From Candidatus Zipacnadia bacterium (lineage in GTDB: Bacteria; Armatimonadota; Zipacnadia; Zipacnadales; UBA5352), in assembly GCA_029821265.1 (NCBI GenBank), contig JALGTR010000001.1:1-46530 (forward strand): 46,530 nucleotides of DNA. Reading direction: 5' to 3'. The notes under the pieces are model-generated. The model was not told the origin of the DNA and did no database searches. It saw only the letters and a list, made by a program, of their open reading frames with translations. The position numbers were made by a program, and so were the translations under genes. Position 1 is the stretch's first letter. The number at the start of each line of letters is the position of its first letter. Shown here in pieces: positions 1-9,404 of this stretch.

Positions 1-438
1 GGCCTCGAGGCCCCAGTAGCATGAGAGCAGCGTCGCGAAGGTCAGCACGATCACAAGACGAGTCAGTTCGAGTGTATTCGCGGCTGATTCGGCCGTCTGG
101 GTGGGCAGCAGACGCAACATGATGGCGGCGGCCATGATCACAAGCTGGAGGCTGGCGACGAGGATCGACCAGGCCGCGGCCGCATACGCATGCCCGGCGA
201 AGCGCTTCCAGCGGCGCAGGCTGCGGAGGCGCAGCAGCAGCAGGGGGAGGGGCGCGGCGATATAGCCCAGCCAGCAGAAGTAGCATAGGGCGGCCATGAT
301 TCTGGCCCCCGAATGCGGGAAGCGGCGCGGGGAGTACAGGGGTACGAGCGACTGGCACTCGCCAGTCGCTTCAGACTCCTCGGCAGCCTCGACATCCTCC
401 GCGACGTCGTCGCGAATTGTCGGTTCGTTCGGTGACAT
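1..438 (-). CDS. Membrane protein, DUF4870/Tic20-like (C-terminus runs off the left edge)
   Basis: This frame is not in the ORF track because it has no stop inside the window. My translation from ATG at 438 gives MSPNEPTIRDDVAEDVEAAEESEATGECQSLVPLYSPRRFPHSGARIMAALCYFCWLGYIAAPLPLLLLRLRSLRRWKRFAGHAYAAAAWSILVASLQLVIMAAAIML... This is an acidic N-terminal tail followed by hydrophobic helices and stays open to position 1. The listed ORFs 138..395(-) and 296..505(+) look like Arg/Ser/Pro-rich junk. Confidence 0.5.
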   Translation of the reverse strand, partial: MSPNEPTIRDDVAEDVEAAEESEATGECQSLVPLYSPRRFPHSGARIMAALCYFCWLGYIAAPLPLLLLRLRSLRRWKRFAGHAYAAAAWSILVASLQLVIMAAAIMLRLLPTQTAESAANTLELTRLVIVLTFATLLSCYWGLEA

Positions 439-511
439 CACTGCTCTCCATCACGTAATCCGGCCGACCAGACGGTCGGCCGGGTTGTGCCATCAGTTCA
501 GTTGATACCCC

Positions 512-956
512 CTAAAGCTGCCCTTCGGCGATGCCGGAGATTAGAGGGATTCTGACGCGCTGGCGGTTGGAGGCGTTCACCGCGAAGATGATCGAGAGCA
601 CCAGCGCCGCGGGCCACACCAGCCACCGGATCAGTCCAAGTGGCAGCATCAGAATCCCCGGAATGCCGATCGCATCGCCGAAGCGCAGCAGCATGCTCAG
701 CCCGTAGGCGATGATCGCGGCCGCGCCCGGCGAGTCGCGTGGGTCCGTGCCGCTTGTTGTCTCGTGCTCCTGAGCGGCGCGCGGCGGCATCTCGACCTCG
801 GAGGGCGTGTCCTCGCGCCCTGCCCGTTGTGGCCAGATGCCGCGCGCAGTAGGACCCGGCGTCAGGCCCGACCTGCCGGTACTCGGCGCACAGCTCATCG
901 CCACACACCACGCACCGCGCCCGGGCCTCACGATCTGGATGATTCACACGTGCCAT
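512..956 (-). CDS. Small zinc-ribbon (B-box-like) plus 2-TM membrane protein; reading frame appears broken (+1 shift needed around 790-840)
   Basis: The frame starting at 956 gives MARVNHPDREARARCVVCGDELCAEYRQVGPDAGSYCARHL, a CxxC...C...CxxH zinc-ribbon pattern, then degenerates into Arg/Ala-rich junk. The frame ending at 512 gives ...EDTPSEVEMPPRAAQEHETTSGTDPRDSPGAAAIIAYGLSMLLRFGDAIGIPGILMLPLGLIRWLVWPAALVLSIIFAVN..., two clear TM helices. If the shift is not real, the minimal intact alternative is 512..790 (ATG at 790). Confidence 0.4.
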
Positions 957-992
957 CGGCCGGCCCCTCCGCTCGGAGAGATCGACACGCTC

Positions 993-2726
993 TCAGCCCT
1001 CGAGCTTCTCCTCGAGGCCCTCGAGTTCGCCAGTCAGCTCGATGAGCTCCTGCTTCTCGGCCACGATCTCATCGCCATCGAGTCGCAGCTCAATCTGCCG
1101 CTGCCACTCGGGTGCGTTTACGGCGTCAACGTCGGCGCGGTAGTGCGTGCCGCGACTCTCATCGCGCATGCGGGCAGGGATGGCCACGCAGCGACCCAGG
1201 AGCGCGATGTTGCGCGCCTCAGCCCGTCGCCGGAGGGAACCGGAGGCGTCCTCGAGGCGCTCTGTGGCGCGCTCAGCAGCCGCAAGGGCGTCGCTGAGGC
1301 TGTCCTCGGTGCGGACGACCGAGGCGCCCTTCCACATCTCCCAGCCGAGATCATCGATGATCTCCTCGACGTCATCGCCGTCGCCGGATTCGCCCAGGGC
1401 GGCGAGGCCGGCCTCGGCTGCGTCGAGGACAGCGGCCGCGTCCGCCTCATGCGAGACCTCCACGGCGGAGGCGCCGGCCCGCCGCCCGTAGACCTGCGAG
1501 TCGGCGAGGGCGTTGCCGCCGGGCCGGTCGGCGCCGTGCTGGCCGCCGCCGCTTTCACCCGCGGCCATGAGGCCCTCGATGCAGGTGCGCGCGCCGGTGT
1601 CCATGAGCACACCGCCGTTGAAGTGCTGGATGGCGGGCGCGAACTCGATCGCCTCCTTGCGCAGGTCGAGCCCGTTCTTCAGGAGGTGTTCGAAGGGTAC
1701 GCGGGCCTCGTTCTCGATGACGTCCTCCGGCTGATGGGCGAGGCTCATGTAGACACCGCGGTGTTCGGTGCCCCGCCCCTCCTTGATCTCGGTGAAGACG
1801 GCCACGTCCACCCACTTCGAGGCGTTACGGACGGTGAACGGGTACGAGACGCCCTTGATGTAGATCGCCTCGTTAATGTCGACGCCCTCAGGGATATAGC
1901 GCGGTACGAACTCCTCGTGGTTGATGTTCGTGATCTTCGGGTCGAGACGCCAGAAGACGCCAGAGAGCGCAAAGTTGATCGGGTGAACGATGCTTGGACC
2001 GATCTGGATGAACTCGAAGTTCACGAGCGGGCAGCCCGCGCGCAGGGCCATGGCGTAGCCGTCGCCTGTGGCCCCTTCGGGGAAGACGTTGATCGCGTAG
2101 AGCTTGCCGGCCCCGCCTGTCGCGAGCACAACCGCCGGAGCCGTGATGGCCACGGGGTCATCGTTGATCATGTTTAGGCCCCATGCGCCGTGCACGCGCC
2201 CGGAGTCGACGGCGAGATCGACCATCATCGTCCGGGGCAGGAACTCGACCGAGCCAGGGCCCTCCTCGTTGATTCGCCGGCACTCGTCCATCAGCACCTG
2301 CACGATGATCGGCCCGGTATCGGCGCCACGGCCGCATGCGCGGGGGTAGCGCGCGCCATCGCTGAGGATCTGCACGAACCTGCCGTCCTCGGTCTTGTCG
2401 AAGTCGGCGCCCCAGTCCTCAAGCTCCTGGAATCGCGCCGGCGCCTCCTCGGCGATGATGCGGGCCAGCTCGGGCCGGCATACGAGCCCGCCCTTGACCA
2501 TGATGTCGATCCAGTGCTCCTTCGGGCTATCCGCCTCGTCGGCGTGCCCGAAGGCCGCGCCGAAGGCCATCCAGTCGGAGGCCGCGGTGTAGGTTGTCCC
2601 ACACGCGCCCGGCGTGCCCTTGGTGGCGACAATGACGTTGGCGCCCTGCGAGGCCGCCTCGACGGCTGCCCGCAATCCGGCGCCACCACTTCCCACGACG
2701 AGAACATCGCACTCGTGCGTCTGCAT
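993..2726 (-). CDS. FAD-dependent oxidoreductase, succinate dehydrogenase/fumarate reductase/L-aspartate oxidase flavoprotein family
   Basis: 577-aa ORF. N-terminal dinucleotide fold DVLVVGSGGAGLRAAVEAA. Internal VVLATGGAG. C-terminal ESRGTHYRAD, matching the ESRGxHxRxD motif of this family. No Fe-S or membrane-anchor subunit is adjacent. Confidence 0.85.
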   Translation of the reverse strand: MQTHECDVLVVGSGGAGLRAAVEAASQGANVIVATKGTPGACGTTYTAASDWMAFGAAFGHADEADSPKEHWIDIMVKGGLVCRPELARIIAEEAPARFQELEDWGADFDKTEDGRFVQILSDGARYPRACGRGADTGPIIVQVLMDECRRINEEGPGSVEFLPRTMMVDLAVDSGRVHGAWGLNMINDDPVAITAPAVVLATGGAGKLYAINVFPEGATGDGYAMALRAGCPLVNFEFIQIGPSIVHPINFALSGVFWRLDPKITNINHEEFVPRYIPEGVDINEAIYIKGVSYPFTVRNASKWVDVAVFTEIKEGRGTEHRGVYMSLAHQPEDVIENEARVPFEHLLKNGLDLRKEAIEFAPAIQHFNGGVLMDTGARTCIEGLMAAGESGGGQHGADRPGGNALADSQVYGRRAGASAVEVSHEADAAAVLDAAEAGLAALGESGDGDDVEEIIDDLGWEMWKGASVVRTEDSLSDALAAAERATERLEDASGSLRRRAEARNIALLGRCVAIPARMRDESRGTHYRADVDAVNAPEWQRQIELRLDGDEIVAEKQELIELTGELEGLEEKLEG

Positions 2727-2804
2727 GACAGCTCCTCCCGATCGTTTGCGCAGGCAGCCGGGCCGAGCGGCCCGGCTGCCTGTGGTTTTCAGGCTGTGTG
2801 CGGC

Positions 2805-4043
2805 CTACCAGCCGAGTGCGTCGAAGCAGATCGGGCCGATGCCCATGCTGCCGGTGGGCTCAATGCGCCTGACGGCCTCGTTGTAGACGCCCTCGAGGTA
2901 GACGTGAGTCTCGACATCGGTGCCGCAGATGGACTTATCGCCGCCCGCGACCTTGTCGGGGTCCGCGTTGAAGTGCTCATAGCGCGCCTGCGAGCCGGCA
3001 ACGAGGAACGCGGTGTTGATGTTGGTCTTGCCGATGAGGCCCTTCGCGACGCCCGCCGATCCGGTGCCGCCATGCTGAGCGAACGGCACATAGATGCCGG
3101 TGCGCTCGATGATGCGGCGCTGCACGGTCTCGAGCTTGTGCTCGTCGATCTCGTGGGTCTCGCCGGCCTTCGCGGCGTGCTTCATACCGATGTCATAGGC
3201 GATGCCCTCGGCGCCGGTGTAGTCGATGAAGGCGGCAGCAAGCTCCGCGAACGCATCGAGTTCGGCACCGGTCATGGCTTCGTACTCCACCTCATCACCG
3301 CTCTTGCCTGTTGCGCCCAGCTCGGCCTCAAGCATCATATCGGTGTTGCCCAGGCCCACGCGGACGGCCTCGGTGATGTCGCGGGTGATTGCGAAGTCCA
3401 GCACGGCCGGGATGCCCTCGGTGTCGATCATGCCCCAGGCGGGCTCCATGATCTCCACGGTGCCCATGAAGTCGGAGACGAATGCCTGATACTCCTCGCT
3501 GGAGAGGTAGGCCTCGTACTTGGAGGCCAGCTCGGCGTCGAAGTCCTCGACCTCGCCGGTCAGGCCCGCGTCCTCAATGAAGCTCCACGCCTGCTCGATC
3601 TTGTCGGAAGCGCCAGTGGGGCATGCCCGCTGAGCATACTTCTTGTCGGGGTCGAACTTGGGGACGGCGAAGTGGTCCAGGGACACCGCCACGAGGTCGG
3701 CGCCGAAGACCTGGGCCTCGCCCGCGATCCAGTCGATATTGGCCTTTGCGCCATACAGCGCGGCGTTGCCGCGGTAGCCAAGACCCTCGGGCGTGAAGAC
3801 CTTGCCCGTCAGGCCGCCGACCTTGGTGTTGGAGTTGTGCGAGAACTGGACGATGATCGGCGACTGGTCGCCGATCGCAGAAAGCATGACGAACGCGCGC
3901 GTCTGCCACCAGTTGTTGGAGTTCGCCGCAAGCAGCGTGATCCGTTCGTCCTCGGGCTTGAGGTTCAGGTCCTCGTCGAATGGGCACAGTGCGTCAAAGA
4001 TCTGTCGCAGCTCGCGTCCTTTGAGAAGCGATCCCATCGTCAT
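2805..4043 (-). CDS. Class II (metal-dependent) ketose-bisphosphate aldolase family protein
   Basis: Class II aldolase signatures are present: VSLDHF (Asp-His), [22 protein letters not shown] and [14 protein letters not shown] lies upstream of ATG 4043/4037, so the ORF-track start at 4100 is probably too long. Confidence 0.8.
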   Translation of the reverse strand: MTMGSLLKGRELRQIFDALCPFDEDLNLKPEDERITLLAANSNNWWQTRAFVMLSAIGDQSPIIVQFSHNSNTKVGGLTGKVFTPEGLGYRGNAALYGAKANIDWIAGEAQVFGADLVAVSLDHFAVPKFDPDKKYAQRACPTGASDKIEQAWSFIEDAGLTGEVEDFDAELASKYEAYLSSEEYQAFVSDFMGTVEIMEPAWGMIDTEGIPAVLDFAITRDITEAVRVGLGNTDMMLEAELGATGKSGDEVEYEAMTGAELDAFAELAAAFIDYTGAEGIAYDIGMKHAAKAGETHEIDEHKLETVQRRIIERTGIYVPFAQHGGTGSAGVAKGLIGKTNINTAFLVAGSQARYEHFNADPDKVAGGDKSICGTDVETHVYLEGVYNEAVRRIEPTGSMGIGPICFDALGW

Positions 4044-4174
4044 CCATCCTCCTGGATTGTTTCGTGCACTGGCTGGGGGAGTCGGAAAAACACCAGACAC
4101 GTTGGTCTCCCCGGTCCGCCGCGCCTTTCCGGGCGTCGGCCGGGCTCTTGCACTCGTTTATTGTAAACCGCGGC

Positions 4175-5239
4175 CTACGCCACGGTCACGTCCCTGCACA
4201 GATACACATCCTGAATTGCGTTGAGCAGCTCGACGCCCTCAGCCATGGGCCGCTGGAAGGCCTTACGTCCGGAGATCAGGCCCATGCCGCCGGCTCGCTT
4301 GTTGATCACCGCGGTTCGCACGGCCTGGGCGAGGTCGTTCTCACCTGACGCTCCGCCGGAGTTGATCAGGCCGACCCGCCCCATGTAGCAGTTCACGACC
4401 TGCCAGCGCGTCCACTCGATCGGGTTGTCGGGGATCAGCTCTCCGTTGTAGAGGCGTTCGTCAGTGCGCCCGTAGGCGCCGTCCTGCTGCATGGCCGGGT
4501 AGCCGCCGTTGTTCTCGGGCTGCTTTTGTTTCACGATATCGGCCTCGATGGTGACGGCCTGGTAGTTGGCCTGGCCGGTCAGGTCGGCAGAGAGGTGGTA
4601 GTCCCTGTCGCGTTTGAATGCCCTGTTGCGAAGGTAGGCCCACAGCACGGTGAACATGCCCAGTTCGTGGGCGCGCTCGAAGGCAGCGTGGACCTCCTGC
4701 ATCTGCCGGTTGCTCTCCGGCGCTCCGTAGTAGATCGTCGCCCCGATGCCGGCGGCGCCGAGGTTCCAGGCGCGCTCGACCGAGCCATAGAACACCTGGT
4801 CGGCGGCGTTCGGGTATGCCAGAAGCTCGCTGTGATTGAGCTTGACGATGAAGGGTATGCGGTGGGCATACTTGCGGCTCACCGCACCGAGGACACCGAG
4901 TGTGGACGCCACGCCGTTGCAGCCGCCCTCTATGGCAAGCCGAACGATGTTCTCGGGGTCGAAGTAGGCCGGGTTGGGCGCGAACGCCGAGGCCGCGCTG
5001 TGCTCTATCCCCTGATCGACCGGCAGGATCGAGACATACCCCGTGCCGGCGAGACGGCCGTGGTTCCAGAGCCGCCGGAGGTTGGTCAGAACACGGGTCG
5101 AGCGATCGGTGTGAACCAGCACGCGCTCAACGAAGTCGCCTCCGGGCAGGTGAAGATCGTCGCGGCTGATTCCCGTCGCGGTGTACTCCAAAAGTCCACG
5201 GTCATCGCCGAGCAGTTCCGCGATCTGATCGATTGTCAT
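4175..5239 (-). CDS. fbaB: Class I fructose-bisphosphate aldolase, FbaB/DhnA type
   Basis: 354 aa. By recall it is near-colinear with E. coli FbaB: [103 protein letters not shown]. Confidence 0.93.
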   Translation of the reverse strand: MTIDQIAELLGDDRGLLEYTATGISRDDLHLPGGDFVERVLVHTDRSTRVLTNLRRLWNHGRLAGTGYVSILPVDQGIEHSAASAFAPNPAYFDPENIVRLAIEGGCNGVASTLGVLGAVSRKYAHRIPFIVKLNHSELLAYPNAADQVFYGSVERAWNLGAAGIGATIYYGAPESNRQMQEVHAAFERAHELGMFTVLWAYLRNRAFKRDRDYHLSADLTGQANYQAVTIEADIVKQKQPENNGGYPAMQQDGAYGRTDERLYNGELIPDNPIEWTRWQVVNCYMGRVGLINSGGASGENDLAQAVRTAVINKRAGGMGLISGRKAFQRPMAEGVELLNAIQDVYLCRDVTVA

Positions 5240-5372
5240 TTCAGGTCATTCTCCCACGCACGCCGGCCCCTCTGTGCTCTTTCGGGCGGCCGGTGGCACC
5301 TCACCGCCCTGAATGTACATAATTCCCCGTAATGCAGCACAGTCCTCCCCACCGCCGGGAAAATGCCCGCAG

Positions 5373-6335
5373 TCACACGAGCCCCTCCCACTCCATTGCC
5401 TCGAAGCGCACGATCTCACGCAGCTCGTCGTAGCGGCGGCGCAGCTCGCCGTTGCCGAGTCGCTCGAGACCGCCGAGACTGAAGTCCTCGACACAGGCGG
5501 AGGCTATGACGGTGCCGAACGCGACGGCGCGACGCAGTTCGCGGCTGCAGCAGTCGTCGTGTCGCGCCAGCAGACCGATCATGCCACCGGCGAAGCTGTC
5601 GCCGGCTCCGGTGGGATCCACGACGTTGGGAAGGGGGTACGAGGGGATCGAGAAGTACTCATCTCTGGCGACCAGCGCGGCACCGTACTCGCCCTTCTTG
5701 ATCACGACCCACTTGGGCCCCATCTCGAGCACGGCATCCGCGGCCTGCGCGAGGTTCGGGGTGTCCGCGAGCTGTCGTACCTCGGCATCGTTGAGCAGCG
5801 CCAGATCCACGCGGCTGAGCACCTGATCGAGCGCCTCCCGCTCATGCTCGATCCAGTAGTTCATTGTGTCACACATCACGAAACAGGTGTCCTGAAGCTG
5901 ATCGAGCACGGACAGCTGCACCTGCGGCTGGATGTTGGCGAGAAAGCAGTAGCGGCTGGAACGATAGGCCTCCGGGAGGACGGGGCGCCAGTCGGCGAAG
6001 ACGTTCAGCTCCGTCACGAGGCTGTCGCGCTCGCCGAGGCTGTAGTCGTAGACGCCGCTCCAGTAGAACGACTTTCCGCCGGGCACTCGCTCGACGCCCG
6101 ACAGGTCGACGCCGCGCTCGCGCAGCGTGGCCAGAGTCTCGTCGGGGAAGTCATCGCCGATGACGCCGACGACTCGAGGAGGCGCGAGCACGCTGGCAGC
6201 CATCGCGGCGTAGACGGCAGCACCTCCAGCGACCCGGTCCACCGCGCCGAAAGGGGTCTTGACACTGTCAAGCGCCATCGAACCGACTATGACCATCTCG
6301 CCCATGGTTGGATCAGTCCCGCTGGAGTGCGTCAT
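5373..6335 (-). CDS. PfkB-family carbohydrate kinase
   Basis: Has the DPTGAGDSFAGG PfkB signature and an N-terminal VIVGSMALD strand. ATG 6335 overlaps the upstream stop (TGATG). Alternative starts are TTG 6338 and ATG 6305. Confidence 0.85.
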   Translation of the reverse strand: MTHSSGTDPTMGEMVIVGSMALDSVKTPFGAVDRVAGGAAVYAAMAASVLAPPRVVGVIGDDFPDETLATLRERGVDLSGVERVPGGKSFYWSGVYDYSLGERDSLVTELNVFADWRPVLPEAYRSSRYCFLANIQPQVQLSVLDQLQDTCFVMCDTMNYWIEHEREALDQVLSRVDLALLNDAEVRQLADTPNLAQAADAVLEMGPKWVVIKKGEYGAALVARDEYFSIPSYPLPNVVDPTGAGDSFAGGMIGLLARHDDCCSRELRRAVAFGTVIASACVEDFSLGGLERLGNGELRRRYDELREIVRFEAMEWEGLV

Positions 6336-8131
6336 CAATCAGTGGTCTTTCCGCCGTCGACCTGACGCGCCGGAAGGTCCGCGTCGGATGAGGAGATGAG
6401 CGTGCGCAGTGTCATCATGAAGAGCCTGGGCAGGGCAGCGAGGCGTGGCAGACGACGCGGCTCGATCGCGGTGCGGTAGAGCCACTCCAGACCCGCCCGC
6501 TGCATCCATTCTGGGGCGCGCTGAACCCGGCCTGCGAGGACGTCAAAGCTGCCGCCCACGCCCATACAGACCGGCACCTGGAGTTCATCCATGTGGCGCT
6601 TGATCCACTTCTCCTGCTTGGGAATGCCCATCGCAACGAACAGCACGGCGGGGCCGGCCTCTCGGATATCGGCGACGATCTCAGGCTCCTCCTCGGGGGC
6701 GAAGTAGCCGTGATGGGTGTAGAGGACTTCGAGCCCGGGGTAACGTCGTTCGAGCTCCGCCGCCGCCTCCTCGGCCACGCCCGGGGCTGCGCCCAGCAGC
6801 GCCACGGACTGACCGAGTTCGGCGGCCATCTCGCAGAGCCGCTCCATCATGTCCACGCCCGGCACACGGCAACTGACAGGCACGTTCAAAAGTCTCGCGC
6901 AGAGAACAACGCCCTGACCGTCCATCGTCGCGAGGTCCGCCTCGTTGATGATCGTGCGCAGCTCCTCGTCCTCCTGCGCCCGGACGACCGCGGAGGTGTC
7001 GCTGGTGACGATCATATGCGGACCGCCCTCGCGGATGAAACTCTCCGCGCGGTCGAGCGCCTCATCCATCGAGAGGGGATGCAAACGCACGTTGAACATG
7101 TTGATCTCGTCCGCCCGCTCGCCCTCCCGCGGCTGTCTGCCGAGCATGCGCAGCACGAGAAAGCCGACGAACGGGCCGTAGAGGAGGCCCACGAAAAGCA
7201 CCAGCAGCTTCAGCCACGTCGGCTGGGGGATCAGCGTGACCATCAGCAGGCCGAGCAGACACATATACGCAGAGATCCCCATCAGCACGCCGAAGACCTG
7301 ACGCTGCGAGTAGCCCTGTTCGAGCAGCACCTCATGCAGATGCTGGCGCCTGGTGCCTATACGCATTCCTCGCAGGCGCGAGATGTAGGTGTATGTGACA
7401 CCGAAGAGCGGAACGCTGATCACGAGCATCGGCAGAAGCGCGGCGATGGCGGCGGTGTGCTTGAGCGTCCCGACGATCGACAGCGCTCCAATCAGAAAGC
7501 CCATGGCATAGCTGCTGGGCTGAGCGGGAAGCTGCGAGACCTGCCCGAAGGGCGTAAGCTGCGTGAGCGCGACGGCAAGGACGGTGAGCGCCAGCACCTC
7601 CGCGCCCGGTCTCACCGCGGCCGGCACCAGCAGGCAGACGAGGTAGAACGTCAGTCCCGTCAGCGCCGCAACGCCGTAGGAGACGCTGGGGATATTCCCC
7701 GCCCTGCCGAACAGGACCGCGCACACGAGTAGCCAGGCGGCGGTCGCCGCCAGCGACAGCCACCAGCCAAGCTCAAGCGGCGGGACGCCGGTAAGCGGAA
7801 AGCGAACGCTCTCAATCCGCACGCCGTATTGGTGCAGGACGGCCGCCACGCCAACCACGAGCACCACACGCACCAGCCGGGAGGTCCGCAGTACGTTGCC
7901 AAGGACCGCCAGCAGGTAGACGGCCGTCGCGCCCATCAGTGGCACAAGCACCACACCGGGGGCGTCCGCCGCGAGGAGGACGATCATCGGCGCGAACAGT
8001 AGCAGGCCGCGCGCGTCGAGGTGCGGCGGTGGGTGCTCCTGCGCGCCATCAAGCACCCAGCGCAACAGGCGCGCGAGCAGCAGCGTCGCGACCGTGAGTG
8101 TCACCAGAAGCACGAGGTCGTTACTCAGCAT
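6335..8131 (-). CDS. Fusion protein: N-terminal polytopic WecA/TagO (MraY-like, GT4)-type membrane module plus C-terminal WecG/TagA/CpsF (GT26) glycosyltransferase
   Basis: 598 aa. The first ~340 aa contain about 10 hydrophobic helices and a RQHLHEVLLEQGYSQRQV segment resembling the HLHH..L...G.s motif of WecA/TagO. The C-terminal ~250 aa have GT26 hallmarks: LLGAAPGVAEEAA, FVAMGIPKQEKWI, GVGGSFDVLAGRVQRAPEWMQRAGLEWLYR. Confidence 0.75.
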   Translation of the reverse strand: MLSNDLVLLVTLTVATLLLARLLRWVLDGAQEHPPPHLDARGLLLFAPMIVLLAADAPGVVLVPLMGATAVYLLAVLGNVLRTSRLVRVVLVVGVAAVLHQYGVRIESVRFPLTGVPPLELGWWLSLAATAAWLLVCAVLFGRAGNIPSVSYGVAALTGLTFYLVCLLVPAAVRPGAEVLALTVLAVALTQLTPFGQVSQLPAQPSSYAMGFLIGALSIVGTLKHTAAIAALLPMLVISVPLFGVTYTYISRLRGMRIGTRRQHLHEVLLEQGYSQRQVFGVLMGISAYMCLLGLLMVTLIPQPTWLKLLVLFVGLLYGPFVGFLVLRMLGRQPREGERADEINMFNVRLHPLSMDEALDRAESFIREGGPHMIVTSDTSAVVRAQEDEELRTIINEADLATMDGQGVVLCARLLNVPVSCRVPGVDMMERLCEMAAELGQSVALLGAAPGVAEEAAAELERRYPGLEVLYTHHGYFAPEEEPEIVADIREAGPAVLFVAMGIPKQEKWIKRHMDELQVPVCMGVGGSFDVLAGRVQRAPEWMQRAGLEWLYRTAIEPRRLPRLAALPRLFMMTLRTLISSSDADLPARQVDGGKTTD

Positions 8132-8143
8132 CGGCGGCGGACC

Positions 8144-9400
8144 TCAGGTGCCCTGCCTCCAGCTGCTCAGGTAGTCCTTCTGCTTCTCCGTCAGCTCATC
8201 GATGGTGATGCCCATCGCTTGGAGCTTCAGCTCGGCGACCCTGCGATCGATTTGCTCCGGAACCGGATGCACATCGGTCTTCAGTTTCGTGTCCGCAGAG
8301 GCGATGAACTCCGCGCACAGCGCCTGGTTGGCAAAACTCATATCCATGACCGACGCCGGATGCCCCTCCGCCGCGGCAAGGTTCACGAGACGGCCCTCGC
8401 CGAGGACGTAGAGGCGTCGTCCGTCCGGCATCTGATACTCATCGAGGGAGGGCCGCACACGGCGGACGCCCTCGGCCATCTCCCTGAGATCGGGAAGGTC
8501 TATCTCCACGTCAAAATGCCCGGCGTTGCACATGATGGCGGCGTCTTTCATCCGTTCCATGTGCTCGGCGCGGATGACCGACACATCGCCGGTGACCGTC
8601 ACGAAGATATCTCCGCGCGTCGCGGCCTCCGCGATCGGCAGCACCTCATAGCCCTCGAGGGCCGCCTCGAGGGCCCTCAACTCGTCCACCTCACAGATCA
8701 CCACGTGTGCCCCCATCCCCCTGGCGCGCATCGCGACACCCCGCCCGCACATTCCGTAGCCGCAAACGACCAGTGTCTTGCCGGCGAGCAGGATGTTCGT
8801 GGCCCGGATGATCCCGTCGATAGTGCTCTGGCCGGTGCCGAAGCGGTTGTCGAAGAGGTGCTTGGTCATCGCGTCGTTGACCGCGATGATCGGGTAAAGC
8901 AGCTCGCCGGTTGCGGCCATGCTGCGCAGGCGGATGACGCCAGTGGTCGTCTCCTCGGACCCCCCGAGGATATGCTCGACGAGATCGGTGCGCTCGGCGT
9001 GGATCGTGGAGACGAGGTCCGCCCCGTCGTCCATCGTGATCGTCGGCTTGATATCGAGCGCAGCGTTGAGGTGTTCGTAGTAGGTGTCGCGATCCTCCCC
9101 GCAGATTGCGAAGACCGGGATCTCGTAGTCCTCGACGAGCGACGCGGCGGTGTCATCCTGGGTGCTCAGGGGGTTGGAGGCACACAGCGCAACCTCGGCC
9201 CCGCCGGCCTTGAGCGTGCGCATCAGGTTTGCCGTCTCGGTCGTGACATGCAGACAGGCGGCGAGGCGCTGGCCCTCCAGCGGTCGCTGCTTCTCGAAGC
9301 GCTCTCTGATCTGCGCGAGAACCGGCATCTGCTGGTCTGCCCACTCGATCCGGAGTTTTCCTCTGGGTGCAAGTGATGTGTCGGCAACGTCGTAACGCAT
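8144..9400 (-). CDS. ahcY: Adenosylhomocysteinase
   Basis: True start is [21 protein letters not shown] at ATG 9400; the ORF-track start at 9619 runs into the upstream gene. Conserved blocks: [72 protein letters not shown]. Confidence 0.95.
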   Translation of the reverse strand: MRYDVADTSLAPRGKLRIEWADQQMPVLAQIRERFEKQRPLEGQRLAACLHVTTETANLMRTLKAGGAEVALCASNPLSTQDDTAASLVEDYEIPVFAICGEDRDTYYEHLNAALDIKPTITMDDGADLVSTIHAERTDLVEHILGGSEETTTGVIRLRSMAATGELLYPIIAVNDAMTKHLFDNRFGTGQSTIDGIIRATNILLAGKTLVVCGYGMCGRGVAMRARGMGAHVVICEVDELRALEAALEGYEVLPIAEAATRGDIFVTVTGDVSVIRAEHMERMKDAAIMCNAGHFDVEIDLPDLREMAEGVRRVRPSLDEYQMPDGRRLYVLGEGRLVNLAAAEGHPASVMDMSFANQALCAEFIASADTKLKTDVHPVPEQIDRRVAELKLQAMGITIDELTEKQKDYLSSWRQGT

Positions 9401-9404
9401 GGAA

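Noticed and set aside
138-505. Track ORFs 138..395(-) and 296..505(+)
   Set aside because: Both translate to Ser/Arg/Pro/Cys-rich junk. A third minus-strand frame, open to the window edge and so absent from the track, gives a coherent acidic-tail plus TM-helix protein and was preferred.
807-4166. Long plus-strand ORFs 807..2177 (456 aa) and 2190..4166 (658 aa)
   Set aside because: They are antisense to the well-supported flavoprotein and class II aldolase genes. Their translations are Arg/Ala/Gly/Leu-rich with no motifs. This is the typical open antisense frame of GC-rich DNA.
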